A program made the translations under genes and the position numbers. Shown here one piece after another: positions 29,764-41,477 of a stretch of DNA of 64,000 bases. This DNA comes from Escherichia coli (GTDB lineage: Bacteria; Pseudomonadota; Gammaproteobacteria; Enterobacterales; Enterobacteriaceae), in assembly GCF_044324875.1 (NCBI RefSeq), contig NZ_CP172185.1, one strand, 5' to 3'. The first letter of the stretch is position 1. Each line of letters opens with the position of its first letter. The notes below the pieces were generated by a model that saw only the letters and a program-made list of their open reading frames with translations, did not search any database and was not told the DNA's origin.

Positions 29764-31104
29764 ATGTTATTTACTATCCAACTTATCATAATACTGATAT
29801 GTCTGTTTTATGGTGCCAGAAAGGGTGGTATCGCGCTGGGTTTATTAGGCGGTATCGGTCTGGTCATTCTGGTCTTCGTCTTCCACCTTCAGCCAGGTAA
29901 ACCACCGGTTGATGTCATGCTGGTTATCATTGCGGTGGTGGCGGCATCGGCGACCTTGCAAGCTTCGGGCGGTCTTGATGTCATGCTGCAAATTGCCGAG
30001 AAGCTGCTGCGCCGCAACCCGAAATATGTCTCAATTGTCGCGCCGTTTGTGACCTGTACGCTGACCATTCTTTGCGGTACGGGTCATGTGGTTTACACCA
30101 TTCTGCCGATCATCTACGACGTCGCCATTAAGAACAACATCCGTCCGGAACGCCCGATGGCGGCAAGTTCTATCGGTGCACAGATGGGGATTATCGCCAG
30201 TCCGGTGTCGGTTGCAGTCGTGTCTCTGGTTGCGATGCTGGGTAATGTCACCTTTGATGGTCGCCATCTTGAGTTCCTCGACCTGCTGGCAATCACCATT
30301 CCATCGACGTTAATCGGTATCCTGGCGATCGGTATCTTCAGCTGGTTCCGCGGTAAAGATCTGGATAAAGACGAAGAGTTCCAGAAATTCATCTCCGTAC
30401 CGGAAAACCGTGAGTATGTTTACGGTGATACCGCGACGTTGCTGGATAAAAAACTGCCGAAAAGCAACTGGCTGGCAATGTGGATCTTCCTCGGGGCAAT
30501 CGCTGTAGTCGCACTTCTTGGTGCTGATTCGGACCTGCGTCCATCCTTCGGTGGCAAACCGCTGTCGATGGTACTGGTTATTCAGATGTTTATGCTGCTT
30601 ACCGGGGCGCTGATTATTATCCTGACCAAAACCAATCCCGCGTCTATCTCAAAAAACGAAGTCTTCCGTTCCGGTATGATCGCCATCGTGGCGGTGTACG
30701 GTATCGCATGGATGGCTGAAACCATGTTCGGTGCGCATATGTCTGAAATTCAGGGCGTACTGGGTGAAATGGTGAAAGAGTATCCGTGGGCCTATGCCAT
30801 TGTTCTGCTGCTGGTTTCCAAGTTTGTAAACTCTCAGGCTGCGGCGCTGGCGGCGATTGTTCCGGTCGCGCTGGCGATCGGCGTTGATCCGGCATACATC
30901 GTGGCTTCAGCACCGGCTTGCTACGGTTATTACATCCTGCCGACTTATCCGAGCGATCTGGCAGCGATTCAGTTTGACCGTTCCGGCACCACCCACATCG
31001 GTCGCTTCGTCATCAACCACAGCTTTATTCTGCCGGGGTTGATTGGTGTGAGCGTATCGTGCGTCTTCGGCTGGATCTTCGCCGCGATGTACGGGTTCTT
31101 ATAA
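29764..31104 (+). CDS. dcuB: Anaerobic C4-dicarboxylate antiporter
   Basis: 446 aa. Confidence 0.95.
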
Positions 31105-31181
31105 ATGCACTTTGCGTGCCGCCCGTGACTACGCGGCACGCCATTTTCGAATAACAAATACAGAGTTACAGGCTGGAAGCT

Positions 31182-32828
31182 ATGTCAAACAAACCCTTTA
31201 TCTACCAGGCACCTTTCCCGATGGGGAAAGACAATACCGAATACTATCTACTCACTTCCGATTACGTTAGCGTTGCCGACTTCGACGGCGAAACCATCCT
31301 GAAAGTGGAACCAGAAGCCCTGACTCTGCTGGCGCAGCAAGCCTTTCACGACGCTTCTTTCATGCTCCGTCCGGCACACCAAAAACAGGTCGCGGCTATT
31401 CTTCACGATCCAGAAGCCAGCGAAAACGACAAGTACGTGGCGCTGCAATTCTTAAGAAACTCCGAAATCGCCGCCAAAGGCGTGCTGCCGACCTGCCAGG
31501 ATACCGGCACCGCGATCATCGTCGGTAAAAAAGGTCAGCGCGTGTGGACCGGTGGCGGTGATGAAGAAGCACTGTCGAAAGGCGTCTATAACACCTATAT
31601 CGAAGATAACCTGCGCTATTCACAGAACGCGCCGCTGGACATGTATAAAGAGGTCAACACCGGCACGAACCTGCCTGCGCAAATCGACCTGTACGCGGTA
31701 GATGGCGATGAGTACAAATTCCTTTGCGTTGCGAAAGGCGGCGGCTCTGCCAACAAAACCTATCTCTACCAGGAAACCAAAGCCCTGCTGACTCCCGGCA
31801 AACTGAAAAACTTCCTCGTTGAGAAAATGCGTACCCTCGGTACTGCAGCCTGCCCGCCGTACCATATCGCGTTTGTGATTGGCGGTACGTCTGCGGAAAC
31901 CAACCTGAAAACCGTCAAGTTAGCAAGCGCTCACTATTACGATGAACTGCCGACGGAAGGGAACGAACATGGTCAGGCGTTCCGCGATGTCCAGCTGGAA
32001 CAGGAACTGCTGGAAGAGGCCCAGAAACTCGGTCTTGGCGCGCAGTTTGGCGGTAAATACTTCGCGCACGACATTCGCGTTATCCGTCTGCCACGTCACG
32101 GCGCATCCTGCCCGGTAGGCATGGGCGTCTCCTGCTCCGCTGACCGCAACATTAAAGCGAAAATCAACCGCGAAGGTATCTGGATCGAAAAACTGGAACA
32201 CAATCCAGGCCAGTACATTCCACAAGAACTGCGTCAGGCCGGTGAAGGCGAAGCGGTGAAAGTCGACCTTAACCGCCCGATGAAAGAGATCCTCGCCCAG
32301 CTTTCGCAATACCCGGTATCCACCCGCTTGTCGCTCACCGGCACCATTATCGTGGGTCGAGATATTGCACACGCCAAGCTGAAAGAGCTGATTGACGCCG
32401 GTAAAGAACTTCCGCAGTACATCAAAGATCACCCGATCTACTACGCGGGTCCGGCGAAAACCCCTGCCGGTTATCCATCAGGTTCACTTGGCCCAACCAC
32501 CGCAGGTCGTATGGACTCCTACGTGGATCTGCTGCAATCCCACGGCGGCAGCATGATCATGCTGGCGAAAGGCAACCGCAGCCAGCAGGTTACCGACGCG
32601 TGCCATAAACACGGCGGCTTTTACCTCGGTAGCATCGGCGGTCCAGCGGCGGTACTGGCGCAGCAGAGCATCAAGCATCTGGAATGCGTCGCTTATCCGG
32701 AGCTGGGTATGGAAGCTATCTGGAAAATCGAAGTAGAAGATTTCCCGGCGTTTATCCTGGTCGATGACAAAGGCAACGACTTCTTCCAGCAAATCGTCAA
32801 CAAACAGTGCGCGAACTGCACTAAGTAA
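31182..32828 (+). CDS. fumB: Class I fumarate hydratase (anaerobic)
   Basis: 548 aa; fumB by locus context. Confidence 0.95.
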   Translation: MSNKPFIYQAPFPMGKDNTEYYLLTSDYVSVADFDGETILKVEPEALTLLAQQAFHDASFMLRPAHQKQVAAILHDPEASENDKYVALQFLRNSEIAAKGVLPTCQDTGTAIIVGKKGQRVWTGGGDEEALSKGVYNTYIEDNLRYSQNAPLDMYKEVNTGTNLPAQIDLYAVDGDEYKFLCVAKGGGSANKTYLYQETKALLTPGKLKNFLVEKMRTLGTAACPPYHIAFVIGGTSAETNLKTVKLASAHYYDELPTEGNEHGQAFRDVQLEQELLEEAQKLGLGAQFGGKYFAHDIRVIRLPRHGASCPVGMGVSCSADRNIKAKINREGIWIEKLEHNPGQYIPQELRQAGEGEAVKVDLNRPMKEILAQLSQYPVSTRLSLTGTIIVGRDIAHAKLKELIDAGKELPQYIKDHPIYYAGPAKTPAGYPSGSLGPTTAGRMDSYVDLLQSHGGSMIMLAKGNRSQQVTDACHKHGGFYLGSIGGPAAVLAQQSIKHLECVAYPELGMEAIWKIEVEDFPAFILVDDKGNDFFQQIVNKQCANCTK

Positions 32829-32950
32829 CCTCTTCGGCCCAGCGCCTGGCAGCATGCTGCCAGGTGATCCCCCTGGGCCACCTCTTTTGCGATTGTAATT
32901 TCACGCTTGCTGGTGAATAGTCAGTATTTTCCCTGACTTGCGAACTCACC

Positions 32951-33580
32951 ATGACCCGCACACTCAAGCCGTTAATTCTTAACACCGGCGCACTGGCGCT
33001 AACGTTAATCCTGATTTATACCGGCATTTCGGCCCATGACAAACTCACCTGGCTGATGGAAGTGACACCGGTGATTATTGTCGTGCCGCTACTGCTTGCC
33101 ACCGCCAGACGTTATCCGTTAACGCCGCTGCTCTATACGCTCATCTTCTTTCACGCCATCATCCTGATGGTCGGCGGGCAGTATACCTACGCGAAAGTGC
33201 CCATCGGTTTTGAGGTGCAAGAATGGCTGGGATTGAGCCGTAATCCGTATGACAAGCTGGGGCATTTTTTCCAGGGGCTGGTGCCTGCACTGGTGGCACG
33301 AGAAATTCTCGTTCGCGGGATGTACGTGCGCGGACGTAAAATGGTGGCGTTCCTGGTCTGCTGCGTGGCGCTGGCGATAAGCGCGATGTATGAGTTAATC
33401 GAGTGGTGGGCAGCGCTGGCAATGGGTCAGGGAGCGGATGATTTTCTCGGCACCCAGGGCGACCAGTGGGACACGCAATCCGATATGTTCTGCGCGCTGC
33501 TTGGCGCATTAACGACGGTGATATTTCTCGCTCGCTTTCATTGCCGCCAGCTACGGCGCTTTGGCTTGATAACCGGATAA
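32951..33580 (+). CDS. yjdF: YjdF inner-membrane protein
   Basis: 209 aa hydrophobic. Confidence 0.85.
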   Translation: MTRTLKPLILNTGALALTLILIYTGISAHDKLTWLMEVTPVIIVVPLLLATARRYPLTPLLYTLIFFHAIILMVGGQYTYAKVPIGFEVQEWLGLSRNPYDKLGHFFQGLVPALVAREILVRGMYVRGRKMVAFLVCCVALAISAMYELIEWWAALAMGQGADDFLGTQGDQWDTQSDMFCALLGALTTVIFLARFHCRQLRRFGLITG

Positions 33581-33718
33581 CAACGTGCGCTTTGTTGACG
33601 CCGGATGCGGCGTGAATTCCTTATCCGGTCTACAAAATTTGCAAATCCAAAGCATTACATTAAGACATGGCCTGATAAACATATCGCATCAGGCCATTTT
33701 CGTTAGCTATTGTCCACG

Positions 33719-35140
33719 TCAGGCTTTCACATCACTCACTGCACCGACCGGAATATCAGCATGAACAGGCTCGGGCGGTACTTTGCGATATTTATCCAGC
33801 AGATGGATCTGGATCCTGCGCAGCGTGTCACCATTGAGGCGATAGAAACGGAAGTAGAGAATCAGCGTTACCATGAAAAACAGAGTCGGTAGAGCAATCA
33901 TAATAAACTGCATACCTAATAGGGCTTGCGTAGACTGTTCAACATTCGGTACATAGCCAATCATCCCTAACACAACCGCAATGAAAAAAGCCGCAAAGGC
34001 TGAACCGCCCTTCACCACCATAGTCTGCACGGAGTAAGCGATGCTTTCACAGCGTACGTGCAGTTTATATTCACCGTAATCAACGGTATCTGCCACCATG
34101 ATGACCTGTAATACCCAGAAAAGCGCCGTTCCCACATTCAGCAAGATACCCGCAATCACAATGAGGACGACGTTGTGATAGCTCATTAATGCCATTAACA
34201 GGAGAACACCACAGCTTAACACCGGAAGAATAGATGCTCCGGCCCATAAAATGCGTCGGGATAATGATTTAACTAAGCGTGGGAAGAATACTAACGTCAC
34301 CAGGTTAGCAGCTCCCGCATACGACAGATAATAGGGGAACAAATCCGCATCACCGATAACATATGAGAAATAATAGATAGCAAAGCCGGTAATAATATTG
34401 CTGGCTACATTATAAGCAAGAGCCATACCCAAGAGGCATGAAAGCTGATCGTTTTTATAAATAAGCGCAACGATGGCTTTAAGTGTCAGATGGCTTCCTT
34501 CAGCAGACGGTTGATTGTCTGACGAAAAGACTTCATGCACATTGCGCAGAGTGATGATGGTTGAAACAATAAAAAAGGCGATCAGTACCAGAGTGAACAT
34601 CTGAAAGCCAAATCCCCGATCGCCACCGCCGACATAATTAACAAATGGTAGCGTCACACCTGCCGTAACAAAGCCCGCCAGACTGGCAAAAAAACGCGGA
34701 TAAGGAACCAGTTGTTCGCGCTCACGTTTATCGAGCGTTATGGTTGGAACCAGCGACCAGAAGGGAATATCCATAATGGTGTAAGTCATGCCCCAGAGGA
34801 TGTAGGTCACGCAAACAAAGACAATCTGAGTAGTACCTTCAAACAGATGCGCACTAAAGAGGAGAAATAAGATTACAGAGTTTGCCAACGTACCGATCAG
34901 GATCCAGGGTTTGAACTGACCCCATCGCGATCGCGTAGCATTTACAATCCATCCCATAATCGGATCGTTAATAGCATCCCAGATCCTCGCCACCAGAAAC
35001 AAAGTACCGACCAAACCCACAGACAGCCCGACGACATCGGTGTAGTAATACATGAGGTACATATACACAATGCCGATCGCAAAATCCTTCCCGAACGCTC
35101 CAAATCCATAACTGAGTTTTGTAGTCATTGAAATGCTCAT
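33719..35140 (-). CDS. melB: Melibiose:cation symporter
   Basis: Start trimmed to [14 protein letters not shown]; 473 aa. Confidence 0.95.
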   Translation of the reverse strand: MSISMTTKLSYGFGAFGKDFAIGIVYMYLMYYYTDVVGLSVGLVGTLFLVARIWDAINDPIMGWIVNATRSRWGQFKPWILIGTLANSVILFLLFSAHLFEGTTQIVFVCVTYILWGMTYTIMDIPFWSLVPTITLDKREREQLVPYPRFFASLAGFVTAGVTLPFVNYVGGGDRGFGFQMFTLVLIAFFIVSTIITLRNVHEVFSSDNQPSAEGSHLTLKAIVALIYKNDQLSCLLGMALAYNVASNIITGFAIYYFSYVIGDADLFPYYLSYAGAANLVTLVFFPRLVKSLSRRILWAGASILPVLSCGVLLLMALMSYHNVVLIVIAGILLNVGTALFWVLQVIMVADTVDYGEYKLHVRCESIAYSVQTMVVKGGSAFAAFFIAVVLGMIGYVPNVEQSTQALLGMQFIMIALPTLFFMVTLILYFRFYRLNGDTLRRIQIHLLDKYRKVPPEPVHADIPVGAVSDVKA

Positions 35141-35242
35141 AGGGTATCGGGTCGCTGTTACCAACGCCCGCCTTCTGTTATTGGTATCGTCAGAGGTGTG
35201 CGCCGGAATAAATCCCCCGGCGCAGTAGCGTTTAGTCGCATT

Positions 35243-36598
35243 TTAACGGTGCAACCAGCCAGGCAGCCAGTCGCCGTGGGCAGCAATCAAGTCGTCAACA
35301 AGAGCATATATTTCGTCAATGCCCAGCACGGCGGCAGTATGCGGGTCCATCATCGCGGCGTGGTAAACACGGTCGCGATTTTCCGTAAGAATGGCTTCGG
35401 TCAGCAGCGTCTGTACGTTGATGTTGGTTTGCATCAGGGCGGCCAGATGCGAAGGTAGCGTACCGACTTTGGTCGGCTGAATGCCATTAGCATCAACCAG
35501 ACAGGCCACTTCCACACAACATCCTTGTGGCAGGTTATCAATCAATCCATCGTTACGGACGTTGCCGTAAATCACACTCGGCTCGCCAGTCCAGATAGCG
35601 TTCATGATTGTGCTGGCATATTCCCGTGACGGTTTAATATCAATCCAGGAGGCGTTTTTATACTCCTCCAGCTCTTTATGCCAGTTCGCCAGCTGCTCGA
35701 CGCAGCGTTTCGGGTACTCATCCAGCGGTACTTTATAACGCTCAATCAAATCCTCACGACCTGGCTTAATGAACCACGGTGTGTACTCAGCAAAATGTTC
35801 TGACGATTCCGTGACGAAGTAGCCCAGCTTTTTGAACATTTCATAGCGCACAATATTCTGGCAGCGAGTATTGCCATGAATATTCGGCTTCGGTGCCTGC
35901 CCTGCTTCATAAGCCGCCAGCAGTTCCGGGTAGAGATTCACGTAACTGCCGTCGGCGGTTTTGCGCTCCAGTTCCAGGTAAAACGCCATATGGTTGATAC
36001 CTGCGCAACGGTAACGCAGCGTAGCCGGGTCGATATTGAGGTCACGCGCCAGTTCTTCCGCCGTTCCCTGCACCGAATGGCACAGCCCTACCTGTTTGAT
36101 ATGCGGATAGCGGGCATACATCGCCCAGGTATTCATCGCCATTGGGTTAACGTAGTTGAGCATGGTGGCATCGGGGCAGACTTCCGTCATGTCCTCGCAA
36201 ATTTGCCACAGGTGCGGAATGGTACGTAGCGCGCGCATAATACCGCCCGGCCCCAACGTATCGGCAATGGTTTGTTCCAGACCATGCCGCTTACAGACCT
36301 CGAAATCAGTCACCGTGCAAGGTTCATAACCGCCAATCTGAAATGCCACCACCACAAAATCGGCATCCTGTAAGGCTTCTTTCTGTTGGGTGTGGCAGGT
36401 GATTTTGCCGCTGGCCCCTGCTGAATCCATCAGCTTACGCACCACAATGTGCGACTCTTCCAGGCGGGTGGGATCAATGTCCATCAGGGCAATATGCGCC
36501 GTTTTCAGCGCCTCGCGATGGAACACATCACCAAGAATATTTTTAACGAAAATCGTCGAACCAGCGCCGATAAATGTAATTTTGGGTGCAGACATCAT
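35243..36598 (-). CDS. melA: Alpha-galactosidase
   Basis: 451 aa, MMSAPKITFIGAGS. Confidence 0.95.
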   Translation of the reverse strand: MMSAPKITFIGAGSTIFVKNILGDVFHREALKTAHIALMDIDPTRLEESHIVVRKLMDSAGASGKITCHTQQKEALQDADFVVVAFQIGGYEPCTVTDFEVCKRHGLEQTIADTLGPGGIMRALRTIPHLWQICEDMTEVCPDATMLNYVNPMAMNTWAMYARYPHIKQVGLCHSVQGTAEELARDLNIDPATLRYRCAGINHMAFYLELERKTADGSYVNLYPELLAAYEAGQAPKPNIHGNTRCQNIVRYEMFKKLGYFVTESSEHFAEYTPWFIKPGREDLIERYKVPLDEYPKRCVEQLANWHKELEEYKNASWIDIKPSREYASTIMNAIWTGEPSVIYGNVRNDGLIDNLPQGCCVEVACLVDANGIQPTKVGTLPSHLAALMQTNINVQTLLTEAILTENRDRVYHAAMMDPHTAAVLGIDEIYALVDDLIAAHGDWLPGWLHR

Positions 36599-36880
36599 GC
36601 AGATCTCCTGGCTTGCTTGAATAACTTCATCATGGCAGGCGAATCTGCAGAAAACCTCCGGCTTCCAGGTTGAGCATTCCCATAAACTCAGATCCTACGT
36701 GAAGCATCAATAAATCTGAGTTTATGGGAATAAATTACCTGAAAAGCAGAGTTTTCGGCCTCATGATGCTCGGACGCTCCCCTCGCCGCTGTGGGAAGAG
36801 GGTGAAAACCGTGCTCCCACTCGCAGTCATCCTCCCTCACTCCTGCCATAATTCTGATATTCCAGGAAAGAGAGCCATCC
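36599..36880. promoter_or_regulatory. Divergent melR / melAB promoter region
   Basis: Intergenic between divergent melA and melR; assigned from known locus organisation. Confidence 0.4.
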
Positions 36881-37789
36881 ATGAATACAGATACGTTTAT
36901 GTGCAGCAGCGACGAAAAACAGACCCGCAGCCCGCTGTCGCTGTATTCGGAATACCAGCGGATGGAGATTGAGTTTCGCGCACCGCATATCATGCCCACC
37001 AGCCACTGGCATGGCCAGGTCGAAGTGAATGTGCCTTTCGATGGCGATGTGGAATACCTGATCAACAATGGAAAAGTGAATATCAATCAGGGTCATATCA
37101 CGCTGTTCTGGGCCTGTACACCGCACCAACTAACAGATACAGGAACCTGTCAGAGCATGGCGATTTTTAATCTGCCGATGCATCTGTTTCTCTCCTGGCC
37201 GCTGGATAAAGACCTGATTAACCACGTCACTCACGGCATGGTGATCAAATCACTGGCCACACAGCAACTTAGCCCGTTTGAAGTGCGCCGCTGGCAGCAG
37301 GAATTGAACAGTCCGAACGAGCAAATTCGCCAGCTCGCCATTGATGAAATTGGCCTGATGCTCAAGCGATTTAGCCTCTCTGGCTGGGAACCGATTCTGG
37401 TCAATAAAACCTCGCGCACACACAAAAACAGCGTCTCGCGCCATGCGCAATTTTATGTTAGCCAGATGCTGGGCTTTATTGCCGAAAACTATGATCAGGC
37501 GCTGACCATCAACGATGTGGCTGAGCACGTCAAACTTAACGCCAACTATGCAATGGGGATATTCCAGCGGGTCATGCAATTGACGATGAAACAGTACATA
37601 ACCGCGATGCGCATCAACCACGTTCGCGCGTTACTGAGCGATACCGATAAAAGTATTCTCGATATTGCCCTGACGGCAGGCTTTCGTTCAAGTAGTCGTT
37701 TTTACAGCACGTTCGGCAAATATGTCGGCATGTCGCCGCAACAATACCGCAAACTTAGCCAACAGCGCCGCCAGACGTTTCCCGGCTAA
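36881..37789 (+). CDS. melR: AraC-family melibiose operon activator
   Basis: 302 aa. Confidence 0.95.
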   Translation: MNTDTFMCSSDEKQTRSPLSLYSEYQRMEIEFRAPHIMPTSHWHGQVEVNVPFDGDVEYLINNGKVNINQGHITLFWACTPHQLTDTGTCQSMAIFNLPMHLFLSWPLDKDLINHVTHGMVIKSLATQQLSPFEVRRWQQELNSPNEQIRQLAIDEIGLMLKRFSLSGWEPILVNKTSRTHKNSVSRHAQFYVSQMLGFIAENYDQALTINDVAEHVKLNANYAMGIFQRVMQLTMKQYITAMRINHVRALLSDTDKSILDIALTAGFRSSSRFYSTFGKYVGMSPQQYRKLSQQRRQTFPG

Positions 37790-37987
37790 AGACGATATCA
37801 GTATCAGCCAAAAAAATAGTTTAGCCGTCGATAATAAGCAGTGAAAATAATTTAAAATAATCACATAACATATTGTTTATAAAAACAAATATTTCAAAAA
37901 TGTTTGTTTTTCACGCGCTTTACAGCCCGAAAAGGCCGGAAGATACTTGCCCGCAACGAAGATTCCTTCATAACCGGGTAAGCAATG

Positions 37988-40255
37988 ATGAAAGTATTAA
38001 TTGTTGAAAGCGAGTTTCTCCATCAAGACACCTGGGTCGGTAACGCCGTTGAGCGTCTGGCAGATGCTTTAAGCCAGCAAAATGTTACCGTGATTAAATC
38101 CACCTCCTTTGATGATGGTTTTGCCATTCTCTCTTCAAACGAAGCCATTGACTGCCTGATGTTCAGCTATCAAATGGAACATCCGGACGAACATCAAAAC
38201 GTCAGACAATTGATCGGTAAGCTTCATGAGCGCCAACAAAACGTGCCGGTCTTCCTGTTGGGCGATCGGGAAAAAGCCCTCGCCGCAATGGACCGGGATC
38301 TGCTGGAGCTTGTCGATGAATTCGCCTGGATTCTGGAAGATACCGCCGACTTTATCGCCGGACGCGCCGTTGCCGCGATGACCCGCTACCGCCAGCAACT
38401 GTTGCCGCCACTGTTCAGCGCGCTGATGAAATATAGCGACATCCATGAATATTCCTGGGCAGCGCCAGGCCACCAGGGCGGCGTTGGTTTTACCAAAACA
38501 CCCGCCGGACGTTTCTACCATGACTACTATGGTGAAAATCTGTTCCGCACCGACATGGGCATCGAACGAACTTCCCTCGGTTCTTTGCTTGACCATACTG
38601 GCGCATTTGGCGAAAGCGAAAAATATGCTGCACGCGTATTTGGTGCCGATCGCTCCTGGTCGGTAGTCGTCGGTACTTCCGGCTCTAACCGCACCATCAT
38701 GCAGGCTTGCATGACCGATAACGATATCGTGGTCGTTGACCGTAACTGCCATAAATCCATCGAACAAGGCTTGATGCTGACAGGCGCGAAACCGGTCTAC
38801 ATGGTGCCAAGCCGCAACCGCTATGGCATTATCGGGCCAATCTATCCGCAGGAAATGCAACCTGAAACCTTGCAGAAGAAAATCAGTGAAAGCCCGCTGA
38901 CTAAAGACAAAGCCGGGCAAAAACCGTCTTACTGCGTAGTGACCAACTGTACCTATGACGGCGTGTGTTATAACGCTAAAGAAGCGCAGGATCTGCTGGA
39001 AAAAACCTCCGATCGTCTGCACTTTGACGAAGCCTGGTACGGCTATGCACGTTTCAACCCGATCTATGCCGATCACTATGCCATGCGCGGCGAACCTGGC
39101 GATCACAACGGTCCTACCGTTTTCGCCACCCACTCCACCCACAAACTGCTGAATGCGCTGTCACAGGCCTCTTATATTCATGTACGTGAAGGTCGTGGGG
39201 CGATTAACTTCTCCCGCTTCAACCAGGCCTACATGATGCATGCCACCACCTCCCCGCTGTATGCCATCTGCGCATCCAACGACGTGGCGGTGTCGATGAT
39301 GGACGGCAACAGCGGCCTGTCACTGACGCAGGAAGTGATCGACGAAGCGGTTGATTTCCGTCAGGCGATGGCGCGACTGTATAAAGAGTTCACCGCTGAC
39401 GGTAGCTGGTTCTTCAAACCGTGGAACAAAGAAGTCGTCACCGACCCACAAACCGGCAAAACCTATGACTTTGCTGACGCACCAACCAAACTGCTGACCA
39501 CCGTTCAGGACTGCTGGGTCATGCATCCGGGCGAAAGCTGGCACGGCTTCAAAGATATTCCGGATAACTGGAGTATGCTCGACCCGATTAAAGTCAGCAT
39601 CCTTGCTCCGGGAATGGGTGAAGATGGTGAACTGGAAGAAACCGGCGTTCCAGCGGCGCTGGTCACTGCCTGGCTTGGTCGCCACGGCATTGTGCCTACC
39701 CGCACCACTGACTTCCAAATTATGTTCCTGTTCTCTATGGGCGTAACCCGTGGGAAATGGGGGACTCTGGTTAACACCCTTTGCTCCTTCAAACGCCACT
39801 ATGACGCCAACACACCGCTGGCGCAGGTGATGCCGGAACTTGTTGAACAATATCCTGACACTTACGCGAACATGGGGATTCACGATCTGGGTGACACCAT
39901 GTTTGCCTGGCTGAAAGAAAACAACCCTGGCGCACGGTTGAACGAAGCCTATTCCGGCCTACCGGTGGCGGAAATCACCCCGCGAGAAGCGTACAACGCG
40001 ATTGTCGACAACAATGTCGAACTGGTATCCATTGAAAACCTACCAGGACGCATCGCGGCAAACTCAGTTATCCCGTATCCGCCAGGAATCCCGATGCTGC
40101 TGTCTGGTGAAAACTTCGGCGATAAAAACAGTCCGCAAGTAAGTTATTTACGCTCGCTGCAATCCTGGGACCATCATTTCCCTGGATTTGAACACGAAAC
40201 TGAAGGGACTGAAATTATTGACGGTATTTACCACGTTATGTGTGTGAAAGCGTAA
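37988..40255 (+). CDS. adiA: Biodegradative arginine decarboxylase
   Basis: Start at second Met (MKVLIVESEF); 755 aa. Confidence 0.95.
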   Translation: MKVLIVESEFLHQDTWVGNAVERLADALSQQNVTVIKSTSFDDGFAILSSNEAIDCLMFSYQMEHPDEHQNVRQLIGKLHERQQNVPVFLLGDREKALAAMDRDLLELVDEFAWILEDTADFIAGRAVAAMTRYRQQLLPPLFSALMKYSDIHEYSWAAPGHQGGVGFTKTPAGRFYHDYYGENLFRTDMGIERTSLGSLLDHTGAFGESEKYAARVFGADRSWSVVVGTSGSNRTIMQACMTDNDIVVVDRNCHKSIEQGLMLTGAKPVYMVPSRNRYGIIGPIYPQEMQPETLQKKISESPLTKDKAGQKPSYCVVTNCTYDGVCYNAKEAQDLLEKTSDRLHFDEAWYGYARFNPIYADHYAMRGEPGDHNGPTVFATHSTHKLLNALSQASYIHVREGRGAINFSRFNQAYMMHATTSPLYAICASNDVAVSMMDGNSGLSLTQEVIDEAVDFRQAMARLYKEFTADGSWFFKPWNKEVVTDPQTGKTYDFADAPTKLLTTVQDCWVMHPGESWHGFKDIPDNWSMLDPIKVSILAPGMGEDGELEETGVPAALVTAWLGRHGIVPTRTTDFQIMFLFSMGVTRGKWGTLVNTLCSFKRHYDANTPLAQVMPELVEQYPDTYANMGIHDLGDTMFAWLKENNPGARLNEAYSGLPVAEITPREAYNAIVDNNVELVSIENLPGRIAANSVIPYPPGIPMLLSGENFGDKNSPQVSYLRSLQSWDHHFPGFEHETEGTEIIDGIYHVMCVKA

Positions 40256-40371
40256 CCACTATTCCGCTGAAGGCGTAATTGTTTAAATAACATTACGCCG
40301 CCTGGCCTTAGGCCTTTTGAGTATGGCAACGTTTTCATAAAAATTGCTGCAAACAAAAATGTCATACTTTT

Positions 40372-40400
40372 TGCGCGGCCCCATCCCGCGCTTTTTTTTG
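40372..40400 (+). terminator. Rho-independent terminator after adiA
   Basis: GCGCGG..CCGCGC hairpin followed by a T run. Confidence 0.5.
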
Positions 40401-40579
40401 CCTGTTATTTACCCTGTAAAAAAATATGTACATGAGAAATTACTATAAAAATTTGTAATATTAGTAAAACTCGTTATTTTTATGCATGTTTATATTCATC
40501 ATACAATTATATAACCATTTCCCGGTATCGCTTTGCTTTAGCGAGAACTGGTCTTTTATTCGCACTCAGGAGTACATGT

Positions 40580-41341
40580 ATGAGGATTTGCAGCGACCAA
40601 CCTTGTATTGTTTTATTGACTGAAAAAGATGTCTGGATAAGGGTGAATGGGAAAGAACCTATTAGCCTTAAAGCTAACCATATGGCGTTATTAAATTGTG
40701 AAAATAATATTATCGACGTCTCCTCTCTTAATAACACTTTGGTTGCTCATATTAGTCACGACATCATCAAAGATTACCTCCGGTTTCTGAATAAAGATCT
40801 CTCGCAAATACCAGTATGGCAACGTAGCGCTACGCCCATCCTCACCCTGCCATGCCTGACGCCAGACGTCTTTCGCGTTGCCGCGCAACATAGCATGATG
40901 CCCGCTGAAACTGAGTCAGAAAAGGAACGAACACGTGCATTATTATTCACTGTGCTATCCCGTTTTCTCGACAGTAAAAAATTCCTTTCATTAATGATGT
41001 ATATGTTACGTAATTGTGTAAGTGACAGCGTTTATCAAATTATTGAAAGCGATATCCACAAAGACTGGAATCTTAGTATGGTAGCCAGTTGTTTATGTCT
41101 TAGCCCAAGTCTGTTAAAGAAAAAGCTGAAAAGCGAAAACACCAGTTATAGCCAAATAATCACCACCTGCCGCATGCGTTATGCCGTCAATGAATTAATG
41201 ATGGACGGTAAAAATATCTCTCAGGTATCACAATCCTGCGGCTACAACAGTACGTCGTACTTTATTTCTGTCTTTAAAGACTTCTACGGTATGACGCCTC
41301 TGCATTATGTTAGTCAGCACAGAGAACGCACTGTCGCCTGA
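40580..41341 (+). CDS. adiY: AraC-family regulator AdiY
   Basis: 253 aa. Confidence 0.9.
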   Translation: MRICSDQPCIVLLTEKDVWIRVNGKEPISLKANHMALLNCENNIIDVSSLNNTLVAHISHDIIKDYLRFLNKDLSQIPVWQRSATPILTLPCLTPDVFRVAAQHSMMPAETESEKERTRALLFTVLSRFLDSKKFLSLMMYMLRNCVSDSVYQIIESDIHKDWNLSMVASCLCLSPSLLKKKLKSENTSYSQIITTCRMRYAVNELMMDGKNISQVSQSCGYNSTSYFISVFKDFYGMTPLHYVSQHRERTVA

Positions 41342-41477
41342 TTTTTAACCTTAACGAAGAGCTATATTAATAACGGCATCAGCGATAACCCGGTCGATAA
41401 TAATTCAACTATCGAATGCAGGCGTATGATATGACGTAATTTATTGTCACGAAGCTCGCCTTCGCGGGAGTTTAATT

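Noticed and set aside
38135-39142. 335-aa minus-strand ORF inside adiA
   Set aside because: Antisense to adiA; no support.
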